In this document: positions 26,215 through 36,761 of the stretch, piece by piece
Numbering within the stretch: the stretch's first letter is position 1
Layout of the letters: each line of letters starts with the position of its first letter
NCBI GenBank assembly: GCA_009693115.1
Contig: SHXW01000009.1
Span: 3,508-67,507, forward strand
Reading direction: 5' to 3'
From: Dehalococcoidia bacterium
GTDB lineage: Bacteria > Chloroflexota > Dehalococcoidia > Lucifugimonadales > Lucifugimonadaceae
DNA length: 64,000 bases
Program-made: the position numbers and the translations under genes
Notes under the pieces: generated by a model
Databases searched by the model: none
Told to the model about the DNA's origin: nothing
The model's input: only the letters and a program-made list of their open reading frames with translations

Positions 26215-27456
26215 CTATCGCGGCCGGTTGCCCATGGTCACGTTCAATACCATCTCCCGGCCGGCGCGGACCACCACCATCCTGACCATATCTCCAGGTG
26301 ATGTGTTCAGCGCGAGGTAGGCGATCACATCGTCAATGCTCTTCACGGACGTGTCCCCGATCGTCACGATCACATCCCCGTCATACCGCGGCTGGCGCGC
26401 CCCTGCCGTGGTCAGCGCGGAGTCACCCTTGAGGCCGGCCTTCTCTGCGGCTGAGCCGGGGGCAACGCTGAGCATGATTGCGCCCTTGATATCCGCGGGC
26501 AGCCTCCCGGCCTCCCGGATATCACGGTTCACATCCTGGCCGCTGATGCCCAGGTATGAGTAGTCGTGCCGACCCTTGTTGATGAGGGATGCCGCCACGC
26601 GCCTGGCCAGGTCTATGGGCACAGCGAAGCCCACGCCGGAGTTCTGCTGGTTGTTGCTCTGGATCTGTGTATTTATCCCGATCACACGGCCTTCACGGTC
26701 AAGCAGGGGCCCACCGGAATTGCCAGGATTGATCGCCGCGTCCGTCTGGATGACGGCTGGGATCTTGTAGTTGCTGAAACCACTGTCTATGACCCGCCCG
26801 ACTGCGCTGACTATGCCGGTGGTCATGGTGAAGTCCTTGCCAAAGGGGTTGCCGATGGCGATGGCCGTCTGGCCGGGTCGGACGTTTGCGCTTTTGCCAA
26901 GCACTGCCGGTATCAACCCGCCTGCCGGGGAGTCAATCTTGATGACTGCCAGGTCGGCGTCGGGGTCTGTTCCCACGACCGTGGCGTCGTAATCGCTGCC
27001 GTCATGGAACAGCACGCGGAGGCCGGAGGAGCCCTGTACGACGTGGTAGTTCGTCAAGATGTGGCCGTCCTTGTCCCAGACGAAACCGGAACCCTCTCCA
27101 ACGTAGATTCCATCTTGTTTGATCAGGATGTGGACAACTGATGGCACGGTCTGTTCGTAGATATCTGTGAACGCCTGCTCCTGGGCAGCCACAATGTCAC
27201 CCGCAGAAGGCTGGACGGCTGCCGTGAGAGGGGCCGGGGCCGCACCCGTTGCGACGGCGGCATCGCCCTTGGTCTGCTGGACGGCCACGCTGGTGCTCAC
27301 GACGGGAATTGTCTGGACCGCGCCTGCGGTCTGCGCCTGGCTGGTGGAGGTTGCGGGGGCGGCATCCTTCGCTCCGGTGCAGGCAATGGCGAAGAGCGCC
27401 ACCGAAGCAAATAGTGCGCCAAGCGCCAGGGCTTGGAGTTTCTTGTTGCTGTTCAT
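26215..27456 (-). CDS. htrA: HtrA/DegP-family serine protease with a C-terminal PDZ domain
   Basis: ILTNYHVV (His), DADLAVIKI (Asp), GNSGGPLL (Ser) and a PDZ-like AAEKAGLKGD...GDVIVTIGD. Start set to ATG 27456 (MNSNKKLQ...FAIAC, a lipobox-like signal). Confidence 0.85.
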   Translation of the reverse strand: MNSNKKLQALALGALFASVALFAIACTGAKDAAPATSTSQAQTAGAVQTIPVVSTSVAVQQTKGDAAVATGAAPAPLTAAVQPSAGDIVAAQEQAFTDIYEQTVPSVVHILIKQDGIYVGEGSGFVWDKDGHILTNYHVVQGSSGLRVLFHDGSDYDATVVGTDPDADLAVIKIDSPAGGLIPAVLGKSANVRPGQTAIAIGNPFGKDFTMTTGIVSAVGRVIDSGFSNYKIPAVIQTDAAINPGNSGGPLLDREGRVIGINTQIQSNNQQNSGVGFAVPIDLARRVAASLINKGRHDYSYLGISGQDVNRDIREAGRLPADIKGAIMLSVAPGSAAEKAGLKGDSALTTAGARQPRYDGDVIVTIGDTSVKSIDDVIAYLALNTSPGDMVRMVVVRAGREMVLNVTMGNRPR

Positions 27457-27686
27457 GTTTGTCTTCCCAGGGTCAACGTGCGCCGCAGGCAGTGGGCAGG
27501 TGTGGATGGTCACTGAGGAAACCTTACCGATGGATTATCAGGGTGTAATGAAGGAATACTTCATGGTCTGTGTTGGCCTGCCAGCAGGCGGGGCAGAACG
27601 GACGCGGCACCGAGTATTCCCTTGACGTGGGCATCCATCTCCCGGCCGGAGAGGGGGCGTCGGGGCGCCTACTCGATCATGAATGC

Positions 27687-29498
27687 CTACTGCTCCCAGG
27701 ACTTCCAGCGAGATGCGATCGGCAGACGCCGGTCCCGGCCAAAGGCCAGACCTGTGATCTTGACGCCGGGGGGGGCCTGACGGCGTTTGTACTCCGACCT
27801 GTCGACCATCTTGACGACCCGTCGCACCGTCTCCTCGTCTGCATGCTCGCCATTCGCCCGGGACTCCGCATCGGCTATCCCGGCCGGCGACATGCGTTTT
27901 TCTATGTACATCTCCAACACCCGATCGAGGACCGAGTACGGCGGCAGTGTGTCCTGGTCCTTCTGGTTGGGCTTCAACTCCGCAGTAGGCGCCTTGTCGA
28001 TGACTGCCTGCGGGATGGGCGACCCCGGCCCGGCGCTGTTGCGCCAGCGAGAGATCTCATACACGAGCGTCTTTGGCACGTCTTTGATAACGGCGTACCC
28101 ACCGGCCATATCGCCGTACAGGGTCGCATAACCGGTGGCCATCTCCGATTTGTTACCTGTCGTGAGAACCAGCCAGCCAAATTTGTTTGAGAGGGACATC
28201 AACACGTTGCCGCGGATACGCGCCTGCACGTTCTCCTCCGCCACGTTAGGCTCCGCGCCCCTGTACGGCTCTGCGAGCATCTGCTCGAAGGCGCTGTGCG
28301 CCTGTTCTATCGGCACGGTCCACAGCCTGACTCCCAGACGGCGGCACGTCTCGGCGGCGTCAAGGAAGCTGGACTCGGCGTTGAAGCGGGATGGCATCGC
28401 CACGCCGGTGACATTCTCCGGGCCGAGGGCGTCAGCCGCGATGGCGCACACGATTGTCGAGTCCATGCCGCCGGACATGCCTATCAGGACCTTCTGGAAC
28501 CCTGTCTTGCGCATGTAATCGCGCGTACCCAGCACAAGAGCCCGGTAGACGGACTCGGCCCGGCCCATGGCACGAACCTGCGGTGCCGGGATGGACGGTT
28601 TTGCGCGGTGTGTCAGTGGCGGCAGCGAGTAGTGGCCTGCCCTGCCGATCTTCCTCAGATCTTCGTCCGGCACCGCCATGGGAAGCGCTTTTGACCGGGC
28701 CCTCCGCACCAGTTCCATGTCCAGGTCAATGACGAGCAGGTCCTCCTCGAACATGGGCGATGCGGCAGTCACTTCTCCGTCCGGGCCTGCGACCATGCTG
28801 CCGCCGTCGAATACGAGTTCGTCCTGCCCACCCACCATGTTCACAAAAGCGGCGTACGCCCTGTTCCGGCGCGCCACGCCGCGTACCAGGTTGACTCGCG
28901 TGCGCTCTTTGCCCATCTCATACGGGGAGCCGTTAATGGTTATCACCAGTTCCGCTCCGGCAGCGCACTGCACTTCAGACGGCCCGGCGGGGAACCACAC
29001 ATCCTCACAAACGTTCACGGCGACCTTAACGCCGTTAAGGTCGAGAACGCTGCACTCATCTCCCGGCGTGAAGTAGCGCTTCTCGTCAAAGACGCCGTAA
29101 TTCGGCAGATATATCTTGCGGTAAACGTGGGCGACACTGCCGCCAGCCAGCACAGCGGCCGAGTTGTAGAGCTTCATCCGAGCCGGAGTGCCGGGCGATG
29201 ACGCTGGCACATCCGGCGAAGGACCCGCATCGCGCTCGGCGAAGCCGACTATGACGACGATGCCCTCCGCCTCTTTCGCCAGATCTCGAATCAACGCCTC
29301 GTTCTGTGCGACGAACGGCTGGTAAAGCAGCAGGTCTTCAGGAGGATAACCCGTGAGCGTCAGTTCCGGAAAGGCGACTATGTCCGCGCCCGCAGCTTTA
29401 GCCTTCGTTGTCCACTCTCTGACGAGACGCGCGTTGCCTTCCAGGTCGCCGACTGTAGTGTTGATCTGAGCAAGGGCTATGCGAATGACGGATGACAT
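27687..29498 (-). CDS. nadE: glutamine-dependent NAD+ synthetase
   Basis: N-terminal CN-hydrolase domain (IALAQINTTVGDLEGN...FPELTLTGYPPEDLL...VCEDVW) plus a C-terminal NAD synthetase domain (IGMSGGMDSTIV, ...TGNKSEMATGYATLYGDMAGGY). Start ATG 29498 (MSSVIRIALAQ); the 79 upstream track residues are spurious. Confidence 0.9.
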   Translation of the reverse strand: MSSVIRIALAQINTTVGDLEGNARLVREWTTKAKAAGADIVAFPELTLTGYPPEDLLLYQPFVAQNEALIRDLAKEAEGIVVIVGFAERDAGPSPDVPASSPGTPARMKLYNSAAVLAGGSVAHVYRKIYLPNYGVFDEKRYFTPGDECSVLDLNGVKVAVNVCEDVWFPAGPSEVQCAAGAELVITINGSPYEMGKERTRVNLVRGVARRNRAYAAFVNMVGGQDELVFDGGSMVAGPDGEVTAASPMFEEDLLVIDLDMELVRRARSKALPMAVPDEDLRKIGRAGHYSLPPLTHRAKPSIPAPQVRAMGRAESVYRALVLGTRDYMRKTGFQKVLIGMSGGMDSTIVCAIAADALGPENVTGVAMPSRFNAESSFLDAAETCRRLGVRLWTVPIEQAHSAFEQMLAEPYRGAEPNVAEENVQARIRGNVLMSLSNKFGWLVLTTGNKSEMATGYATLYGDMAGGYAVIKDVPKTLVYEISRWRNSAGPGSPIPQAVIDKAPTAELKPNQKDQDTLPPYSVLDRVLEMYIEKRMSPAGIADAESRANGEHADEETVRRVVKMVDRSEYKRRQAPPGVKITGLAFGRDRRLPIASRWKSWEQ

Positions 29499-29568
29499 GC
29501 GATTTGGCTGCCCTGTCAAAGTGGTGCTGGTAGTACTGGCGCTGGTGTGCGTCATTGAGAATCCCGGA

Positions 29569-30399
29569 CTAACCAAGAACCCCAGCGAGAAAATCCAGAA
29601 CGGTGCGGTTGAACAACTCAGGTGCGTCCATGTTAACCATGTGCCCGGCTCCGGGGAGTACTGCCAGTTCCGCTCCAGGGATGTCCGCTGCCATCCCTCT
29701 GGCGATGGAGTGGAAGGGAGGCAGGTCGCGTTCACCTACCACGATCAGGGAAGGCGCTCTGATTTCACCGTATCGCTCGGACGGGTCTGGCTTGAAGGGC
29801 AGATAAGGCCCGGGGTTCACCCAATGCCATCCCGAGTAGTCGCCCACAATCGCCTCCAGGCCTCGTTTCACTTCAGGCAACTCCCGTTCCGGCGCGAAGA
29901 GGTCGCAGTTCAGCCATTCATCTCTCGCCGCATCCACACCGTCCTTCAGGGCTGTCTTCCTGACAACGCCCATCATCACCACGAACTCTGCCCACCGGGA
30001 GTGACCGATCGAGTCGTCCTTCTTGATAAGAGAACCGCCAGCGGCATCAACAGGGATAAAGGCCGACACCCGCTCCGGATAGCGCAGCGTGAATTCAGTG
30101 GCGATTGTGCCGCCCATCGAGAGGCCGCAGGCGGCGGCGCGCTCGACATTCAGGTGGTCAAGGAGGGCCTTCAAGTCATCAGCGTTGGAGTAATGGGCGC
30201 CGGGCTTGTCCGACCGCCCGAACCCACGGACGTCATACCGGACGACGGTGTGTTTGCGGGCGAACGTCTCGAACTGTGCATCCCACATACGAGTGTCGAG
30301 CGAAAAGCCGTGGATGAGGACGACCGCGGATCCGGAACCTGCGACCTCATAGTAGAGGCGCCCTCCGTTGAGAATGGCATGGCCGATGGTCGTCTTCAT
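29569..30399 (-). CDS. alpha/beta-fold hydrolase
   Basis: VVLIHGFSLDTRMW and nucleophile elbow GLSMGG, with a C-terminal ...LPGAGHMVNMDAPELF (His). Start ATG 30399 (MKTTIGH). Confidence 0.8.
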   Translation of the reverse strand: MKTTIGHAILNGGRLYYEVAGSGSAVVLIHGFSLDTRMWDAQFETFARKHTVVRYDVRGFGRSDKPGAHYSNADDLKALLDHLNVERAAACGLSMGGTIATEFTLRYPERVSAFIPVDAAGGSLIKKDDSIGHSRWAEFVVMMGVVRKTALKDGVDAARDEWLNCDLFAPERELPEVKRGLEAIVGDYSGWHWVNPGPYLPFKPDPSERYGEIRAPSLIVVGERDLPPFHSIARGMAADIPGAELAVLPGAGHMVNMDAPELFNRTVLDFLAGVLG

Positions 30400-30435
30400 C
30401 AGGCGCCTTTGCGTTTTGACTTGTTCCACTCACCC

Positions 30436-30461
30436 CACACCCTCTCCTGCAAGAGGGTGTG
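30436..30461 (-). terminator. hairpin downstream of gltD
   Basis: Perfect 9-bp stem CACACCCTC/GAGGGTGTG with an 8-nt loop, about 80 nt beyond the gltD stop. It is embedded in GGTGAGGG-type repeat sequence (30431-30535). Confidence 0.45.
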
Positions 30462-30539
30462 ATGTTGGCGCAGGACGTAGGCACAGCCAGATGATCCACG
30501 GGTTTCACCCACACCCGAACCCTCACCCACGGAAAGGGC

Positions 30540-32033
30540 CTAGCGAGAGGTCTTCGCTCCGTTGGAGACGGGTGGGCGCACGTAGCCCCGCACGGCGGGC
30601 AGGCTGGATTTACCCATGAGCCACAGGTCCACGCCGCGGGCGCACGTCCGGCCCGAGGCGATGGCCCGCACGACGAGCGACTGGCCCTGCTGCGCGTCGC
30701 CGCAGGCGAAGACGCCGGGCACGCTGGACATCATGAGCACGTCCGTCTTCACGTTGCCGCGGGCATCGTACTGCACACCAAGGCCGTCCAGCAGGCCCTT
30801 GTGCTGCGGGTGCAGGAAGCCCATCGCCAGAAGGACGAGGTCGGCCTCGACCTCGAATTCACCGCCAGGCACGTTCACCATTGCCATGCGGCCCGTTTTC
30901 GAATCGGGGGCCCACTCGACGCGGGCGCAGTGCAGGCGTTTAACGTTTCCGTGTTCGCCTTCAAAACGGACAGTGGTGATGTTGTAGTCGCGTACGCCGC
31001 CCTCTTCGTGCGCAGAAGAGCTGCGATATATGGTGGGCCATAGCGGCCACGGGTTCCCGCTCACGCGCTCTGCCGAGGGTCGGGGCATGATCTCGAACTG
31101 GAGGACATCCTTCGCGCCATGACGATGTGCTGTGCCGAGGCAGTCTGTTCCGGTGTCTCCCCCGCCCAGGATGACGACGCGCTTTCCAGCGGCGGTGATC
31201 GTCTCCCCTGGAGAAAACTCCTGACCCTGGCCCCGCCTGTTTTGCTGGGCCAGGTAGTCCATGGCGAAGTGGACGCCCTTCAGGTTGCGCCCCTGCGCCC
31301 CCATGTCACGCGGGACGGTTGAACCGACGGCCAGACAGACGGCGTCAAAACTCTTCCGGAGCTCTTCGGTTGAGATGTCAACGCCCACATTGACACCCGT
31401 CCGTATCACCACGCCTTCGGCGGCAATCTGGCCCACACGCCGAGTGACGACGTGCTTTTCCAGCTTGAAGTCCGGAATGCCGAGCGAGAGCAGCCCACCG
31501 ATATATTCGTCCCGTTCGAAGAGCGTGACTGTATGGCCTGCGCGGTTAAGCTGCTGCGCGGCGGCCATGCCCGCCGGTCCGGAGCCGATGACCGCGACCT
31601 TTTTGCCAGTCCGGGAGGAGGGGGGTTCCGGCTTGATCCAGCCCTCTTTCCATGCCCTCTCTACTATGGCCTTCTCGATCATCTCGATGGTGACGGCGTC
31701 CATGTTGATGGCAAGGGTGCAGGCAGGCTCGCATGGAGCGGGACAGATGCGGCCTGTGAATTCCGGGAAGTTGTTTGTCTCGTGCAGGCGGTTGATCGCC
31801 TCTCGCCAGTTGCCCTGATACACGAGGTCGTTCCAGTCAGGGATGAGGTTGCCGAGGGGACAGCCGTTATTACAAAACGGCACGCCACAGTCCATGCAGC
31901 GGCCTGCCTGTGCGCGGGCATCCTTTTCCGGCCATTCCTTGTAGACCTCGGCCCAATCGAGGACGCGTTCAGGAGCCGGGCGTCTGTGCGGCGTGATGCG
32001 AGCTATTTCCCTGAACCCTGTCACCTTACCCAT
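30540..32033 (-). CDS. gltD: glutamate synthase (NADPH) small subunit
   Basis: MGKVTGFREI...RCMDCGVPFC...NNFPEFTGRICPAPCE...VAVIGSGPAGMAAA... aligns from the first residue with Bacillus-type small subunits. ATG 32033 overlaps the gltB stop by 8 nt. Confidence 0.9.
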   Translation of the reverse strand: MGKVTGFREIARITPHRRPAPERVLDWAEVYKEWPEKDARAQAGRCMDCGVPFCNNGCPLGNLIPDWNDLVYQGNWREAINRLHETNNFPEFTGRICPAPCEPACTLAINMDAVTIEMIEKAIVERAWKEGWIKPEPPSSRTGKKVAVIGSGPAGMAAAQQLNRAGHTVTLFERDEYIGGLLSLGIPDFKLEKHVVTRRVGQIAAEGVVIRTGVNVGVDISTEELRKSFDAVCLAVGSTVPRDMGAQGRNLKGVHFAMDYLAQQNRRGQGQEFSPGETITAAGKRVVILGGGDTGTDCLGTAHRHGAKDVLQFEIMPRPSAERVSGNPWPLWPTIYRSSSAHEEGGVRDYNITTVRFEGEHGNVKRLHCARVEWAPDSKTGRMAMVNVPGGEFEVEADLVLLAMGFLHPQHKGLLDGLGVQYDARGNVKTDVLMMSSVPGVFACGDAQQGQSLVVRAIASGRTCARGVDLWLMGKSSLPAVRGYVRPPVSNGAKTSR

Positions 32034-35000
32034 GAGCATCCTTTGTGTCCTGACCTTCAGCGCCACGGCCGGGGAGGTCATCCTGAGCGCCGGACGGCAC
32101 CTTCACATTCGGCGCCTGCACCCGGATCGCGTGGGCATAGTCGTACGGCAACACCTTCCTGAAAGCGGGCAGGGCCGACACCCAATCGTCCAGGAGGCGC
32201 TTTGCGACCGTACTTCCTGTATAGCGGTGATGATCAGAAATCATCTTCTTCAAATAGGCCTCGTCTTCAGACCCTAGTTCAACGTCATGCAGACCAGCCA
32301 TCCCAGAATTGAAGCGATGCTTGAACGTGCCGTCTTCGTCAAGGATGTATGCGATGCCGCCGCTCATCCCGGCAGCGAAGTTGCGTCCGGTATTGCCGAT
32401 GACCGCCACTCGCCCTCCGGTCATGTATTCGCAACAATGGTCGCCAACGCCTTCCACCACCGCTACGGCGGCGGAATTGCGCACGCAGAAGCGTTCTCCC
32501 GCTACGCCGCGTATGTACGCCTCACCACCAGTGGCGCCGTACAGGGCCACGTTGCCCACGATGATGTTCTTCTCGGGGAGGAAGGTGGCGCCTGCAGAAG
32601 GCACAAGGGCGATCTTCCCACCTGAGAGGCCCTTGGCGAAGTAGTCATTGGCGTCCCCTTCAAGGCGGAACGTCACTCCCTTTGCCAGGAACGCCCCAAA
32701 ACTCTGGCCTGCCGAGCCCTTGAACGTGAAGTTGACCGTATCCTCGGGCAGATACGCTTCGCCATACATCTTCGCGATCTTCCCGCTCAGCATCGCGCCC
32801 ACAGCGCGGTTTGAATTCCGTATTGCGAACGTCTGCTTAACTCGGACCTTGCGCTCAGTCGCTGGGGCGGCGGCCCGGATCAGGTCGTGGTCGAGCGCAG
32901 CCGCCAGACCGTGGTCCTGCCATGTGCTCTGGTACGTGGTGTCACCGGGCACCATGTGTGGGACGGCCAACAGGCGCGCAAGGTCCAGCTTCTGCGCCTT
33001 CCAGTGCGTCACGCCTTCCCGAGCCTTGAGTTTGTCCGTCCGGCCAACCATCTCATTGACCGTGCGGAAGCCAAGCTTTGCCATCTGCTTCCGCAGGCCC
33101 TCTGCCAAAAACATGAAGTAGTTCACGGTGGCATCGGGCGTCCCGGTAAATTTCTTTCGCAGTTCCGGGTCCTGAGTGGCCACGCCAACAGAGCAGGTGT
33201 TCAGGTGGCACTTGCGGAGCATGATGCAGCCCAGTGTGACGAGAGCGCCCGTGGCAACTCCCCACTCTTCCGCGCCCAGGAGAACGGCGATGGCAACGTC
33301 CCGGCTCGTCTTGATCTGGCCGTCAGTCTGGACGACGATCCGCCCGCGGAGGCCGTTTGCGACAAGCACCTGATGCGTCTCGGCCAGGCCCAACTCCCAG
33401 GGCAGGCCTCCGTGCTTGATCGATGAGAGAGGTGAGGCACCGGTGCCGCCGGAGTCACCGGAGATCAGAACTACGTCAGCCTTGCCCTTGGCGACGCCCG
33501 CCGCAATGATGCCCACACCGACTTCCGACACCAGTTTGACGTGGATGCGGGCGTCAGGGTTCACGTTCTTCAGGTCATGGATGAGCTGCGCAAGGTCCTC
33601 GATGGAGTAGATGTCATGGTGCGGTGGCGGGGAGATAAGCTCCACACCTGGGGTGGTCTTGCGAATGTAGGCGATGTAGTCACTGATCTTGTGGCCGGGT
33701 ATCTGTCCGCCTTCTCCGGGCTTGGAACCCTGCGCCATCTTGATCTGCAGGTCAGTCGCGTTCATCAGGTAGTTCGCCGTCACTCCGAAGCGGCCCGAGG
33801 CGACCTGTTTCATGCGCGACGATCGGGAATCGCCGTTCGGGTCCTTCGTGAAACGGGCGGCGTCCTCACCACCCTCGCCGGTGTTGGACCGCGCGCCGAT
33901 GCGGTTCATGGCGATGGCGAGCGTTTCGTGGGCTTCTCTTGAAATGGACCCGAGCGAAATGGCGCCGGTGGCGAAGCGCTTCACGATCTCCGTGGCAGGC
34001 TCCACTTCGCTGAGCGGGATCTCCTGTTTCGGGTCATGCACAAAGTCCAACAGGCCGCGGATAGTGGTGTGGCCGCCTCCCTCTGCGTTCGCAGTCTGCT
34101 CGAACTGCTCGTACATCCCAGCGTCATTACGGCGCACGGCGTCCTGGAGGAAGGAGATCGTCTCCGGATCCCACATGTGCCTTTCGCCCGTTCCGCGGTA
34201 CAGATACAGGCCGCCGAGTTCGAGTGACAGGCTCCCGGGGATGTTGATGGCCGGGTAGGCGCGGGAGTGGGCGGCAAGCACGTCCTGGCAGATCTCTTCA
34301 AGCCCGATGCCCCCGATGCGGGACGGAGTCCATGTGAAGAATTCGTCCACCAGTTTCTGGTCAAGGCCAAGCGCCTCGAATATCTGCGCCCCCAGATAGC
34401 CCTGCAGCGTGGAGATGCCCATCTTGGACATCACCTTCAACACGCTCTTTTCCACTGCCTTGCAATAGTTGGACTCCGCCTTTGCCTGTTCAGGCACGTG
34501 CGGCTCGCCGTGGGCGACAGGCATCGCGCGCAGCCCTGCGAGAGACTCTAGCGCGAGGTACGGGTTCACCGCGCTCGCGCCGTAGCCGAACAGACAGGCG
34601 AAGTGGTGCGATTCGCGCGGCTCGCCCGACTCGACGATGATGTCCAACTGGGTGCGAGTCTGTTGCCGGATCAGGTGGTGGTGCACGGCTCCGGTGGCGA
34701 GCAGGCTCGGCACGAAGGCGTTGCCGGCGTCTACGCCGCGGTCGGACAGGACGGCGATCGTACAGCCGTCGCGCACCGCCTCCGACGCTTCTCGCCTGAT
34801 TCGGTCAAGGGCGCGCCTCATGCCATCCGGCCCCTCTGCCGCGGGGAATAACGTGGAGATGACCCGCGCCCTGATGCCCGGCATGTCCGCCGCCTTGATG
34901 CGCGCCATGTCCGCATTCCCAAGCACCGGGTGGTCTATGCGCAGGAGCCTTGCGTGTTCCGGCGTCTCGTCAAATAACCCGCCCCTACGTCCGACAGGGA

Positions 35001-36726
35001 CAGACATTTGGGTGACCAGCTCTTCGCGTATGGCGTCGAGCGGCGGGTTTGAGACCTGCGCGAAGAGTTGTTTGAAGTACGTGAACAGCGGGTGGGGCCT
35101 GTCAGACAAGACGGCGATGGGCGCGTCATGCCCCATCGACCCGATCGGTTCGTGCCCTGATGCCGCCATGGGCGTGATCAGGAGGCGCAGATCCTCACCC
35201 GAGTATCCAAAGGCCGCCTGCCGCGTGAGGAGGGTCTCCAGGTCTGTTCCGGGCACTGATACCGGCAGGGGCAGGTCTTGGACGGTCAGCCGGTGCTTAT
35301 TCAACCACTGTTGATAGGGCTGGCGTCCCGCGAGTTTGCCTATGACCTCTTCATGCTCAACGATGCGGCCTTCCTCGAAGTTCACCAGGAACATGCGCCC
35401 GGGCTGCAGGCGCGCCTTGTAAGCGACCCTATCCGGGTCTATGTCCAGCACACCGGTCTCGGACGCCATGACCAGCAGGCCGTCCTTTGTGACCGTGTAA
35501 CGGAACGGACGCAGGCCATTGCGGTCCAACACCGCGCCCAGGCTGAGTCCGTCGGTGAATGCCACGAGAGCCGGACCATCCCACGGCTCCATCAGGCCGC
35601 CGTGATACTCGTAGAACGCTTTAACATCCTCAGGCATGGACTCGTGGCCATACCAGGCCGCCGGGATGAGCATGGCCATGGCGTGCTCTAGCGGCCGGCC
35701 GCCCATCCATAGCAGTTCCAGGGCGTTGTCCAACGATGCCGTATCGGACGAGTCAGGCTCACAGGCGGGGGCGATATGCGTCACATCATCGCCAAGGAGC
35801 CAGGACTGCAGGGTGCGCTCTCGCGCCGCCATCCAATTGCGGTTGCCGCGCACGGTGTTGATCTCGCCGTTATGGGCGGCGAACCGGTACGGGTGTGCGA
35901 GCTTCCAGCTGCCGAGTGTATTCGTGCTGAACCGTGAGTGGACCAGCCCGAAGGCGGAGACCATATCCGGATCTGCCAGGTCGGGATAGAAACTCTCGAT
36001 CTGGTGGGCCATGAGCAGGCCCTTGTAGACGACAGTCCGGCCGGAAAAGGAACAGAGATAGAACTCCCGGAAGAGAGAGAGAGCCTCTTTTGAGCCCGCA
36101 GGGGCCATCCTGGTGACTGTCTGCTCCGCCACCTTGCGGGCTGCATACAGGCGCCGTTCAAAACGCTCGCTGTCAAGCCCGTCGGGCGCCTGGACGAAGA
36201 CCTGCCTGAATACGGGCATCACCGAACGCGCGTCCCTGCCTGCCGCGCCGGGGTTGACCGGCACGTCCCGCCACCCAAGAATTTTCATGCCGCGCTCGAT
36301 AACCGGGTCTTCGATGGCCTTTTCGCAGGCGTGCCGCAGACTGGCATCGCTGGGCAGGAAGCACATGCCCACGGCGTAGCGTCCTTGTGCCGGTAGATTC
36401 ATTCCCTGCCTGGCAGCGACTTTCCGGAAGAACTCGTCCGGCATCTGGATCAGGATGCCTGCGCCGTCGCCAGTATCCGGGTCGCAACCACACGCGCCGC
36501 GGTGGCCCAGATTCATGAGTACCTGAAGGGCATCTTTGACAATGGAATGGGACTTCTCGCCCCGGACATTTGCGACGACTCCCACCCCGCAGGCGTCGTG
36601 CTCATGCTCCGGCCTGTAGAGTCCCTTCTCTTCGAGATCGCGGAAGCCTTCGAACCGGTCTCGCGCCGCTAACTCTGCGGCAACGACGGAATCAATTTCA
36701 CGCATATGGCCAAATTGCTTAGACAT
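32026..36726 (-). CDS. gltB: glutamate synthase large subunit
   Basis: GLYRPEHEHDACGVGVVANVRG (Ntn amidotransferase Cys), FMN/central and GXGXG C-terminal domains (...GDHCCEYMTGGRVAVIG...). Start ATG 36726 (MSKQFGH) avoids overlap with glnA. Confidence 0.95.
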   Translation of the reverse strand: MSKQFGHMREIDSVVAAELAARDRFEGFRDLEEKGLYRPEHEHDACGVGVVANVRGEKSHSIVKDALQVLMNLGHRGACGCDPDTGDGAGILIQMPDEFFRKVAARQGMNLPAQGRYAVGMCFLPSDASLRHACEKAIEDPVIERGMKILGWRDVPVNPGAAGRDARSVMPVFRQVFVQAPDGLDSERFERRLYAARKVAEQTVTRMAPAGSKEALSLFREFYLCSFSGRTVVYKGLLMAHQIESFYPDLADPDMVSAFGLVHSRFSTNTLGSWKLAHPYRFAAHNGEINTVRGNRNWMAARERTLQSWLLGDDVTHIAPACEPDSSDTASLDNALELLWMGGRPLEHAMAMLIPAAWYGHESMPEDVKAFYEYHGGLMEPWDGPALVAFTDGLSLGAVLDRNGLRPFRYTVTKDGLLVMASETGVLDIDPDRVAYKARLQPGRMFLVNFEEGRIVEHEEVIGKLAGRQPYQQWLNKHRLTVQDLPLPVSVPGTDLETLLTRQAAFGYSGEDLRLLITPMAASGHEPIGSMGHDAPIAVLSDRPHPLFTYFKQLFAQVSNPPLDAIREELVTQMSVPVGRRGGLFDETPEHARLLRIDHPVLGNADMARIKAADMPGIRARVISTLFPAAEGPDGMRRALDRIRREASEAVRDGCTIAVLSDRGVDAGNAFVPSLLATGAVHHHLIRQQTRTQLDIIVESGEPRESHHFACLFGYGASAVNPYLALESLAGLRAMPVAHGEPHVPEQAKAESNYCKAVEKSVLKVMSKMGISTLQGYLGAQIFEALGLDQKLVDEFFTWTPSRIGGIGLEEICQDVLAAHSRAYPAINIPGSLSLELGGLYLYRGTGERHMWDPETISFLQDAVRRNDAGMYEQFEQTANAEGGGHTTIRGLLDFVHDPKQEIPLSEVEPATEIVKRFATGAISLGSISREAHETLAIAMNRIGARSNTGEGGEDAARFTKDPNGDSRSSRMKQVASGRFGVTANYLMNATDLQIKMAQGSKPGEGGQIPGHKISDYIAYIRKTTPGVELISPPPHHDIYSIEDLAQLIHDLKNVNPDARIHVKLVSEVGVGIIAAGVAKGKADVVLISGDSGGTGASPLSSIKHGGLPWELGLAETHQVLVANGLRGRIVVQTDGQIKTSRDVAIAVLLGAEEWGVATGALVTLGCIMLRKCHLNTCSVGVATQDPELRKKFTGTPDATVNYFMFLAEGLRKQMAKLGFRTVNEMVGRTDKLKAREGVTHWKAQKLDLARLLAVPHMVPGDTTYQSTWQDHGLAAALDHDLIRAAAPATERKVRVKQTFAIRNSNRAVGAMLSGKIAKMYGEAYLPEDTVNFTFKGSAGQSFGAFLAKGVTFRLEGDANDYFAKGLSGGKIALVPSAGATFLPEKNIIVGNVALYGATGGEAYIRGVAGERFCVRNSAAVAVVEGVGDHCCEYMTGGRVAVIGNTGRNFAAGMSGGIAYILDEDGTFKHRFNSGMAGLHDVELGSEDEAYLKKMISDHHRYTGSTVAKRLLDDWVSALPAFRKVLPYDYAHAIRVQAPNVKVPSGAQDDLPGRGAEGQDTKDAHG

Positions 36727-36761
36727 CAACACACCCTGAACTGGATGAGAAACCGTACGGA